DNA of 64,000 nt from Macrostomum hystrix (taxonomy: Eukaryota; Animalia; Platyhelminthes), in NCBI GenBank assembly GCA_950097015.1, contig CATNEN010000010.1, forward strand, positions 1,736,001 through 1,800,000. The letters run 5' to 3'. A model generated the notes under the pieces. The model saw only the letters and a list, made by a program, of their open reading frames with translations. It was not told the origin of the DNA and did not search any database. Position numbers and translations under genes: made by a program. This document shows positions 13,396 to 23,797 of the stretch, in pieces (the first letter of the stretch is position 1; each line of letters begins with the position of its first letter).

Positions 13396-13767
13396 TTCTT
13401 CACAGTACTACTAACAGTAGCTGAAATGAAACAAATAATAATTTGAGTACTGTTTCTGCACAGTTACATAGAAAGGAAAGACAAATAGAAAGAATCTTGT
13501 AATACAACAGATTTGCTACATTCTTAAGATTGATGATCTTAAGAATGATCTTAACAAGCTAAATAATAGTCAGAGCTAGTAATTATAATATTTTTATTGA
13601 AATTAAAGTATACAAGGGATAATAAATAATTGATTTGCTTTTTAACTTGCATAAACTCAGCATTTGAACTTTAACAACAAATTTGATGCTTATGTCATAC
13701 AGTCAGTTAAATATATTATTAAATATATAAAATAATATTTTAAATACCTCCTTTTCACTAGAATTGA

Positions 13768-13860
13768 AGGAAGGAAGCAAGTGGTTAACCTACAGTACAC
13801 TGTTGAACAGTACTTTAGCTAGTGTAAGCTACATGTCTTTTAGATAGCTATTGCAATTCA
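13768..13860 (+). repeat. Diverged dispersed repeat; second copy at about 20495-20580
   Basis: acctacagtacactgttgaacagtactttagctagtgt..tagatagctattgc here versus acctacagtacactgttaaacagtactcgagctagtgt..tagatagcttattgc at 20.5 kb. Confidence 0.7.
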
Positions 13861-15031
13861 TTGTTGCTGCACTGAAATAGACAATGTAAATTTCTTACCA
13901 CTATATACAGAGTGGCAAGCAGACTTTAATTAAAAAAATCAAATATTTTTTTGGTATTCTGAAAAAAAAGTGGAAACAAATAGATTAAGCTTAATCATTG
14001 GCTTCAATACACAAAATATAATGTAGCAGAATATAAATGAGTTACTCTTTAAAGGCACAGACAAGAAACTCAAATATTTTATTTTCATTTTAATGCAGAA
14101 ATTTTCACATGTGCTATTTGATAGGTTAGAACATAAATACATTTTAGAAATCACGGCAAGTTGTGCACAACACCCAACCTACTAATTCCTAACTAAGTTT
14201 GAAGCAACACCTAATCATAAAATCTACCCATGGACTAGCTAGATGTCATGGGAATATAAATACCATCTGCCAATGCAAGTCAAAGTAGAGCTAACATTAG
14301 AGCTATGGCATTAAATTATTTTTACTTTTAAATTTACTTTTAAGACTTAATAATAGTTGCTATAGTTAATAGTAGTGCTGCAGCCTATATTGCCATAGAT
14401 ATTCATTGAGATGGCTCTCAAACAAAGAGTCAAAAGTGCCCTGACTTTGGCCTTGAAATGGGTCATAGGCCCTAGATGCCTGAGTGATGTTAGAGTAGAT
14501 TGAGGGGTTAAGGTCCACAAATTGTAGCCTGTGATTGACAAGTAGGCATTCTGGACTCCCTACCATTGTACAGTAAGCAAATTGGCTGAAAGTAAATACA
14601 ATATTATAGTAATTTAATGCAACAAACTAGGAGATAAAGCTAAAGTTCTTAAACTGTTTTCATTTGCAATTACTTAATTATATATGTTCTTCTGTTGTTG
14701 ACTTAAATTTTTTTTCAAGTTTTATAATGATATTGGAATGACCAATAAAAAAATCTAACTGCAAGTTTATATTTAAATAGTTGTTTTTTGGCAATGTTTA
14801 TCACCATGGTACTGTGGGAATAGCAACTGGCTTATCGACATGGAACACTGGCAAAATTTTACTTAAATTAGCAGGCTAAGGAACAGATCACCTTAAGTAT
14901 GCATGGCTGAAAACCAAAAAATTGTAATTAATTTTATGCTTCTAAGAAATTTAAACTTGTATTTGGCACCAATTAGCTTTGCTTTACTATGCAAAAAAGT
15001 ATGGATGGATAGGAAAAATATATTAACACTA

Positions 15032-15674
15032 GGGTAATGTATCATCAACCGAACAGTGTATCTTCAAAACCGAACAAGAATTTTGACTCCTTCCTTGGTC
15101 TTGTGCAAGACAGAAACAAGCTATTGTGTTTCACAGAACAACTAATTTGAAAGTTGAAGAAATTATCTACAAGCTGAGGCATGATGTGCAATGAAGCATT
15201 AAGAGGAAAGAAAGATATAGATGTTTCAGTAGAAATTTTTATTGCAAAAGCATACTTTTTAACAACATTTTTTCAGCATGTACTTTAGACGAAGATTGTA
15301 TATGGTTGCTTGCCAATTTAATGACCATAAATGTAGTTATTTATAGAGCATGAAAAATGCTTTCAAATGACATAATTCATGATAGTTCACTCCTTAAAAT
15401 AAGATTAAACCACTCACTCAAATTGTAAAACCGAACATCAAATTCTCTGTTTGGTTTGAAGATACATGAAAATCATTGTTTGGTTTTAGATTAAAAACAC
15501 AAATAACTTTTTTTCTATTTGACAAAAAAGCAAAAGCAGATACTTTTTAGAAAGATATAACTGTTTTCTATAACTTGGCTTTTGATTTATCATCATATCT
15601 TAAATAGAAAATCTGTAGCATATGTTTGAAGTTAAAAAAATACACATTCTTGTTTGGTTGATGATACATTACCC
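15032..15674. mobile_element. Non-autonomous DNA transposon (MITE), 643 bp
   Basis: Terminal inverted repeats GGGTAATGTATCATCAACC(G/A)AACA (15032-15055 and 15651-15674, 1 mismatch), TA on both sides, an internal inverted sub-repeat and no ORF. Confidence 0.8.
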
Positions 15675-15914
15675 TATCTTACCATGTTGTGTGTATAAGC
15701 CAGTCATTATTCCCACAATATATACAAATGAATAGGACAGCTATCTCTCCAGTTCTCCGTGCAGATAAGCTAGTCATTATTCTCATGGTACTATGTGGAT
15801 AGTATGGCCATTATTGCAATGGTACAGTGGGGATAAGCACTGCCTTGAATGACAGTCATTGATGAAAGGTGTAGCTAGTACATGATTTTTTAAATAAAGC
15901 AGTTTAAGACATAT

Positions 15915-15956
<42 letters not shown>

Positions 15957-16057
15957 GTAGGAAACTAAACAAACCTAAATTATATAACTTAATAACATAC
16001 AGTGCTTTAAATCCTCCAACATACATTCCCTGAATCCCTGTCATTTGAATGCTTAGC

Positions 16058-16090
<33 letters not shown>
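15915..16090. repeat. Two (TA)n microsatellites (about 15915-15955 and 16060-16090)
   Basis: Direct reading of the sequence. Confidence 0.9.
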
Positions 16091-16094
<4 letters not shown>

Positions 16095-17089
16095 CAATTC
16101 TGATGATATTGCCATTATTACTTTCTATACGAACTAGACAACTTTCAATAGTACAGTAGAATAGTTTCAATGACATTCATCAACATAGTGTGTTTGTCAC
16201 TATCCTTTACTGTAATGCAATCATTTAAATGTAGAAATACTGAAATAGAAGCTGCTAAGAAACCAAAAAATATTAAAAGAAATGAAATCATATCGAAAGT
16301 AATTTAATTACAAAATTAAAAAATTCAAACAAGTTGGAAAAATTATTACTGTACTGAATTTCCAGTTTATTGACTTGTAAAGAACGAAATGCAATTGCGC
16401 ACACGTGCTTCGTTTTTTTACTCGCTCGCTCGATAATAAATCAGACAATTTTAAAACAGTGCTTGTACCATTGTGACTTAACAAGCTGTGCTTGAATTTT
16501 AAATAAAATGAGGCACAGATGTGTCATCTGGCTGCGATTCTTATCATGCAAAGTCACAATATGTTTCCAAGTGAAATACTTGTAGTTTTTAGAGCCATTT
16601 CTGAAATGCCTGGCGAACAGCACTCGTGTCCCAACGTTTTTATCAATGCACATGAAATTTGGAGTCGATAAGCCATACTTATATAAATCAATGCATTGCG
16701 AAGATAGGCGAGCACAGTTCAGGTATGAACAACAGTTCAGGTTTGATGTGCATTAATAACTCACGTAACATATGCTGCAGTAAATAGCTAATCATTGGCT
16801 TAAGTCGATGCTGCAGCCGCCACCGCCGCATTGAGTCAATACTTAAACAGACAGTTCGGTTAAATTAATACCAGCAAATTAAAAGAGCAAGGAGAGAGAG
16901 TCAATCCGTGTCAGTATAGGTAGTCAATTGATCTTGTTAGTCGATATCAATTGTATGTATGAGCATGTATTGAGTTTATGAAAAGTAATTATATATTTAT
17001 TTATTATAAGTAATTATAAGCATTGCAAGTAATATGTTTAGAGAGTGCATTAGAGAGTTCAGTTTTTGCTGTTTCCAAATAAGGAAATT

Positions 17090-18100
17090 CCTCCTAATTT
17101 CACGCTTGTAAAAAAGTTCTGCGAAAAAGGCTTCACGACGCCTACATCCGACCGAGCCTACAGGAGCTCGGCGTCCCCTGTCCAACCCGTGGAAGCTAGT
17201 CTCGACGCTCTTTTTGGACATCCACAGACTCGTGTCAGCCGGATGATCAGCGCTGGAGGAGACTGGCTGCTCGGCAGACACTTCGTGGCTTACCGACTCA
17301 TGCCACACCCTCAGCATCCTGGCGATGGAGCCGGTGCACATGCACGCCTTCGCCCGCGCCCTGCCCAGCTGATGGCGACCAGCGGCATCCGAGCGACCCA
17401 GCGTGCCTACGCACTACGCAGTCTTGCACTGTCGGGTGGTCCGGAAGCGACACCGGCTGCACTCAGCTTGGCCACTCTGGCGACCCAGCCAGGATGATGC
17501 TGCCGAGTGTATTCTGCGAGGCATTGCTGCTTCTGCATGACCAGTACATAGTGCCGTCACTGGTTGCTCACGGCATCCAGAGCTGCAAACCGGAGTTGCA
17601 GACGAGCACGGTGTTCTTGGACGTGTTCGGCGGCGTCAACAGCTAGTCAGCAATGTGCCTCATGATCAGTGCAGGCGGGCAGCGAGTATTGGTTTGGCTA
17701 TGCGGCCACGCACCGGCGTCGCACCCTTTGTGCCGTGCTGCTCATGATGGAGCCGGAGCAGCTAGATGTATTCGCCAGAGCGCATGGCACATCTGCCACT
17801 GTCATCCGCTACAATTGTGAGCACAACGCGCAGGTAGCCATGGCCACGTTATTCGCAGTCGCGACATTGTCCGCCGGTTTTTGCTGCCATCATTGACTGC
17901 AGCTGCCGAGGAGATGAGACCTATTAGGCCGCCGACCCAGGGATGCTGGCTGGCTGGAAGTGGTGAGACTGAGGGTGAGCCGACGATGCTGGCGAACGCC
18001 AGCTCCACTATCCGAGCGACCCAGCATGCTGACGCAGTCCTACATTGCCGGATGGCTAATAGACGACGCCGACTTTCTGGGGACAGCCCGCTGGAATCGT
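17090..18100 (+). pseudogene. Decayed GC-rich coding relic made of two homologous units; unknown family
   Basis: Protein-level similarity between units across frameshifts and stops: LHDAYIRPSL/LHDQYIVPSL, MISAGG/MISAGG, TLSILAMEPVHMHAFARA/TLCAVLLMMEPEQLDVFARA, YAVLHCRVVRKRHRL/DAVLHCRMANRRRRL. Confidence 0.45.
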
Positions 18101-18107
18101 CGTATCG

Positions 18108-18108
18108 G

Positions 18109-18160
<52 letters not shown>

Positions 18161-18162
18161 CC
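18108..18162. repeat. (GCCT)n microsatellite
   Basis: About 13 copies. Confidence 0.95.
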
Positions 18163-18664
18163 GGATCTCTCCCTCGCGACACGTACTATAGGCGCCGATG
18201 CATTAACATCCGTTATAAAATGCTTGATTAGGAATTCTATTAGGGTTGTATTGTTACAGCGTATAAAGCGCGCATTTGTCCAGTCTTTATTGTTATACTT
18301 CATTATAGTGTCGTAAATATAATAAAGTCTAGTTAAATTCGAATTGGGAATTAAATTTATGTTTGAATATTCGTGATTGTCACGTAGATCAAACCTACTG
18401 GCATCGATTGATTGATGGATTGATTGCCACACATCGAGAGGTAGGCTTGATTAATGGGATAAAAATATTGTTTGTGCATGGATTACGAGCGTATACTAAA
18501 TACTCGTATTTTGTATTTATAAATTTTTGGGTCCTCTCTCACAAGTTGTCTTTGAGTTTATGTAGCTTAATGTTATAATAGCAATTTACAGGAACTCTAG
18601 CATAGATGTTCCATTCAGTACTCGTGTTTCTTTTACTACATAAAAACAAAAGCTTTTTATCTAT

Positions 18665-19028
18665 ACCCGGTTGAAAAACTGAGCGGGCCTCAGCGGGCTT
18701 TTGAGCGGATCATTAGCGGGCCGAAGAAGTATTACAGGCCTTTTACAACAAATTGGCCCGCTGAAACCCGGCCCGCTCACTGGCCCGTTCTAAACCGGCC
18801 CGCTCACTGGCCCGTTCTAAACCGGCCCGCTGGCTGGCCCACTGATTGGCCCATTCTAAACCGGCCCGCTCACTGGCCCGTTCTAAACCGGCCCGCTGGC
18901 TGGCCCGCTGGTTGGCCCATTCTAAACAGGCCCGCTCACTGGCCCGTTCTAAACCGGCCCGCTGGCTGGCCCGCTGGCTGGCCCGCTGGTTGGTCCGCTG
19001 GTCGGCGCACTGGTTGGCCCGTTGGTTA
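18665..19028. repeat. Cluster of AGCGGGCC/GGCCCGCT motifs, probably the subterminal region of a truncated non-autonomous element
   Basis: A few agcggg(cc) motifs at the left, then many ggcccg(c/t)t motifs; ends exactly at the TA target of the mariner. Confidence 0.55.
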
Positions 19029-19030
19029 TA

Positions 19031-20376
19031 CGAGGTGCATTCAAAAAGTTCTTTTCGGTGCTCAGCAAAAATTAACAAAAAACGTATGGAACAATGAAAA
19101 CATGTTTAGGTCATTCAATGTCATTCGGTCACTCAACATATTCACCGCCAATGTCCTTGCACTTCTGCCAGCGATGCACCAGACCTCTGATTCCAGTACC
19201 CACGCCTCTCGCGTCCGTTTCACGCACCGCACCTTGGCAAGCAGCTTTGATGTGCTCGACGCTGTCGAATCGAATGCCCCGAAGGTGCTTCTTCACAGAT
19301 GGGAATAGGAAGAAGTCACAGGGTGACAAATCGGGCGAGTAGGGCGGATGTTGCAGCACTTCCCAGCCCCAACCGCTCAGGAGTTCGACAACATTGTGCT
19401 TGCGATGAGCCGGCGCATTGTCATGCAGCAAGATCACACCAGACTCCAGCAAACCAGGGCGCTTCTTTCGAATCGCCGGGCGCAGCTTCTCTTGCAGAAT
19501 CCATCTATAATAGTCCCCATTCACAGTTGTTCCATGTGGGACTGCCCAGTTCAGCAGAATTCCCTGGACATCAAAAAACATGACGTGCATGATCTTCAAT
19601 GCACCCTGCTTCCTGATGGCCTTCTGAGGCCTTGGAGAATCGGCTGGAAGCCATTCAGCAGACTGGGCCTTTGTCTCCGGATCCCAGCTATAAACCCATG
19701 TTTCATCTCCGGCAACGATTCTCGAAAGAAAATTCTCTCCTTCTCGCTGGAAACGGCGCAGGTGGTTGGTGGCGGCCAGAGCACGTTGCATCGTCTGCTC
19801 ACCTGTCAGCAGGTGTGGCACCCACTTGCTGAATTTCTTCTGCAGGTTGAGACGCTCTGTCAGAATGGTGTACACACTGCCAACTGACACTCCGACATCT
19901 TCTGACAGCTCTTCGCAAGTCAGTCTGCGATCATCATCCAGGAGCTCCTGCACTTTCTTCACCACGGTCTCGTTGGTGGCAGTCATCGGTCTTCCAGAGC
20001 GTTCGTTGTCCTCGACGCTCTCTCTGCCTTCAGCGAACAACCGGAACCACTTTCGAACAGTCTGTTCAGTTGGTGCACTGTCACCAAACACTTGCTGAAG
20101 CTCTCTAAACATCTCCGGAGGTTTCTTTCCTTGCAGGAATTGGAACTTCATCAAGCTCCGAACGTCTTGCTTTGAAAAAGATTCTGCCATGGCCAAGAAA
20201 TAGAAGGGTAGCTTAAAAAATTGCTTGTAGCTCAGACACAGTCACCAGCTAAGGCTTAAAAACTCAGGAAGGTTTAGGCCATAAACTTAACTTGCAGCAT
20301 TCGAAAAAATTTTGATCTGTGTGTCATTTACAAAACAATGCCAAAGGACCGAAAAGAACTTTTTGAATGCACCTCG
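19031..20376 (-). mobile_element. Full-length mariner transposon (DD34D), 1346 bp, apparently intact
   Basis: Perfect 29-bp TIRs CGAGGTGCATTCAAAAAGTTCTTTTCGGT (19031-19059 and 20348-20376); TA duplication at 19029-30 and 20377-78; TIR resembles the Hsmar2/irritans type. Confidence 0.97.
19129..20190 (-). CDS. Mariner transposase, 353 aa from the ATG at 20190
   Basis: N-terminal HTHs, WVPHLL linker, GDETW, LHDNAPAH, YSPDLSPCDF; exactly 34 residues between the second and third Asp; no stops or frameshifts. Confidence 0.96.
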   Translation of the reverse strand: MAESFSKQDVRSLMKFQFLQGKKPPEMFRELQQVFGDSAPTEQTVRKWFRLFAEGRESVEDNERSGRPMTATNETVVKKVQELLDDDRRLTCEELSEDVGVSVGSVYTILTERLNLQKKFSKWVPHLLTGEQTMQRALAATNHLRRFQREGENFLSRIVAGDETWVYSWDPETKAQSAEWLPADSPRPQKAIRKQGALKIMHVMFFDVQGILLNWAVPHGTTVNGDYYRWILQEKLRPAIRKKRPGLLESGVILLHDNAPAHRKHNVVELLSGWGWEVLQHPPYSPDLSPCDFFLFPSVKKHLRGIRFDSVEHIKAACQGAVRETDARGVGTGIRGLVHRWQKCKDIGGEYVE

Positions 20377-21344
20377 TATAATTAATCCAGTTTTGTGACT
20401 GAGATACATTGTTTAAGTTTGGTTTGTATCCGAGCAAACATTTAGATAATACTCTGGAAATTTATTAAATACAGCCTTTGCTTTAAAATCGAAGAAAGGA
20501 AGCTAGATGCTGAACCTACAGTACACTGTTAAACAGTACTCGAGCTAGTGTAGCGACGTGTTCTTTAGATAGCTTATTGCCCTTCTTTGCTGGTGCAGAA
20601 CGTGCAGCCCAAAACACGAAAATATCAAATCACTGTAGACAGAGTAGCGAGCACAATTTGTGAGAATATTTTTACGACAAAGAGATCGAGGTAACTCGAA
20701 TTGAAAATATTAATTTATAACGATTAAAATAAGGAAGCCTAGAATATGAGCCGATTCATATCAATTGCCATTGCGGACCTAAAACAACTGCTTTTCTTTT
20801 CATCTATTTTCATTGTACTCGTAGAATAACCAGTGAGCCCAAACACTAAGGGGAAATGGGACACAACACAAAATGTAGCTCGTATTTGAAACAAATGAGT
20901 TGAAATAACAGCAACAGAATATAACGAATAAGCACACAAGTAATTATTGGCAGCCTACGAGTCCTTTCAAATAATGCACACAAGCGCCCTTCACAACTGT
21001 GTATAGTAAAGTAAATCAATATAAGTGAGGAATTTGTTAATCTGCGCAATTAATTAGTACATTTCTGTAGCAGTCAATAAACACGGATATTGTGACCAAA
21101 TCTTAAGCCTTAATAGAGATCAAAAGTAGAATACCATGTTGACATTGACGACAATCAGAACAGGAAGCCGAAGGTAACGAAAACTTGAAGTTCTGTTATT
21201 CACAAACGGATCTAGAATACCTTCATTTGTCATGCTCAACGTTAGACCTCTGGTCTGAGACGTTTAGACGTAATAATTACGGCTTAATTCACCCAAAGCC
21301 TAAAAAGTTTAATAATTAAGACTCGCTACATAAAAATGGCTAGA

Positions 21345-21735
21345 AAAGTTTATCTCTGTGCTTTTTTAGCATCCAACAGAAGACAGTCTAGAGAGAGTTC
21401 TTCCATAAGCTATTTTTAGCATCCAACAGAAGACAGGGTAGAGAGAGTTCTTCCATAAGCTATTTTTAGCATCCAATAGAAGTCTGGCTAGAGTGAGTTC
21501 TTCCATAAGCTATTTTTAGCATCCAATAGAAGTCTGGCTAGAGTGAGCTGTTTTTATCATCCAACAGAAGACTGGCTAGATAGAGTTCTTCCATAAGCTA
21601 TTTTTAGCACCCAATAGAAGTCTGGCTAGACAGTTCCTCCGTAAGCTATTTTTAGCACCCAATAGAAGTCTGGCTAGACAGTTCGTCCGTAAGCTATTTT
21701 TAGCACCCAATAGAAGTCTGGTTCGAGAGTTCCTG
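21345..21735. repeat. 50-bp degenerate tandem repeat (~7 copies)
   Basis: Unit gctatttttagcatccaatagaagtctggctagagtgagttcttccataa. Confidence 0.9.
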
Positions 21736-22602
21736 TGTATGCTACTTTTAGAAATCTGGCAAGTAGGATTTGTCATATTTGCCTTAATATTTTTAAAGTA
21801 AGCCAGACTGTGTGCGAAGAAACCTTGATTAGTAGTCACGTATTGGATTAATAAACTTATCACAGAAGTTCCATATAGCTACAAAAATCTAACAAACACA
21901 AATAAAAACAAAAACCTTTCAAGTTCTTAATTTACTCAAACTGAATATGAAGCATGATTTGAAAATAATTTAGGTCAATCTAATAATCCGAGCTAACTTT
22001 TTCAATAGTTAACACAGGCGGAACTTGTCAGAAAATGCAACTGCTAGCTTCCTTCCGCATTAGAATTAGTTTTTGAAACAAAGTTATTGAAATAACCACA
22101 AAAGCAATCAGGCGGAAGCCTGTACATGTAGTTAATTTTCTAGTCGAAAATAGCCACATGCACTATTGCAGCTTAAAAAGCACGATGACCTTAAAAGTAA
22201 AATTTGCAAGCAACCAATTACAAGAATCAAAATTCGCGAACGAAACAATACACTAATAGCTGAAGTTAAAGAAGCCATATTTGAGGGAGAACACAGATTC
22301 TGTCACGATGTGGCAGGGTCGAGGCGGTAGCGAATTCAAATGGGCCTGGAATTCCTTATCAATTTTTATATGCAAAACAAGAGAAACTAACAGAGATTTG
22401 CGACCTTATTGGGGAACACATTTAACACTGAAACAACATAAGCCATATTGAAGGCGCGTAAAACTGCTGTAAAATACTCGCAATAAGACGATTGGGCAAA
22501 AACAACTCCAATGCCGCAAAAGAGAATTCTTACTCTATGAGTGTATGAAGATTGGACAGCAGATTCTGGAGGCACGATTTGGGACAATTGATTTGGGAAA
22601 GA

Positions 22603-23748
22603 ATCAGGCTCTATGACCCTGGGGAAGAGTCAGGCTCTATGACCCTGGGAAAGAGTCAGGCTCTATGACACTGGGAAAAGTCTGGCTCTATGACACTGGG
22701 GAAGAGTCAGGCTCTATGACCCTGGGGAAGAGTCAGGTTCTATGACCCTGGGAAAAGTCAGGCTCTATGACCCTGGGAAAAGTCTGGCTCTATGACACTG
22801 GGAAAAGTCTGGCTCTATGACACTGGGGAAGAGTCAGGCTCTATGACCCTGGGAAAAGTCTGGCTCTATGACACTGGGGAAGAGTCAGGCTCTATGACCC
22901 TGGGGAAGAGTCAGGTTCTATGACCCTGGGAAAAGTCAGGCTCTATGACCCTGGGAAAAGTCAGGCTCTATGCCCCTGGGAAGAGTCAGGCTCTATGACC
23001 CTGGGAAAAGTCTGACTCTATGATACTGGGGAAGAGTCAGGCCCTATGACACTGGGGAAGAGTCAGGTTCTATGACACTGGGGAAGAGTCAGGTTCTATG
23101 ACACTGGGGAAGAGTCAGGCTCTATGACACTGGGGAAGAGTCAGGCTCTATGACACTGGGGAAGAGTCAGGCTCTATGACCCTGGGGAAGAGTCAGGTTC
23201 TATGACCCTGGGAAAAGTCAGGCTCTATGACCCTGGGAAAAGTCAGGCTCTATGCCCCTGGGAAGAGTCAGGCTCTATGACCCTGGGAAAAGTCTGACTC
23301 TATGATACTGGGGAAGAGTCAGGTTCTATGATACTGGGGAAGAGTCAGGCTCTATGACACTGGGGAAGAGTCAGGCTCTATGACACTGGGGAAGAGTCAG
23401 GCTCTATGACCCTGGGGAAGAGTCAGGTTCTATGACCCTGGGAAAAGTCAGGCTCTATGACCCTGGGAAAAGTCAGGCTCTATGCCCCTGGGAAGAGTCA
23501 GGCTCTATGACCCTGGGAAAAGTCTGACTCTATGATACTGGGGAAGAGTCAGGCCCTATGACACTGGGGAAGAGTCAGGTTCTATGACACTGGGGAAGAG
23601 TCAGGTTCTATGACACTGGGGAAGAGTCAGGCTCTATGACACTGGGGAAGAGTCAGGCTCTATGACACTGGGAAAAGTCAGGCTCTATGACACTGGGGAA
23701 AGTCAGGCTCTATGACACTGGGAAAGATTCAGAGTCAGGCTCTAAGGC
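22603..23748. repeat. 25-26-bp minisatellite (~44 copies) with higher-order blocks
   Basis: Unit gagtcaggctctatgac(c/a)ctggggaa; lies about 50 bp beyond the QSOX stop codon. Confidence 0.95.
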
Positions 23749-23797
23749 TCTATGACCAGAAAAGTTAGCAAGATGACCAGCTGCGTGAGCAGGCAGA

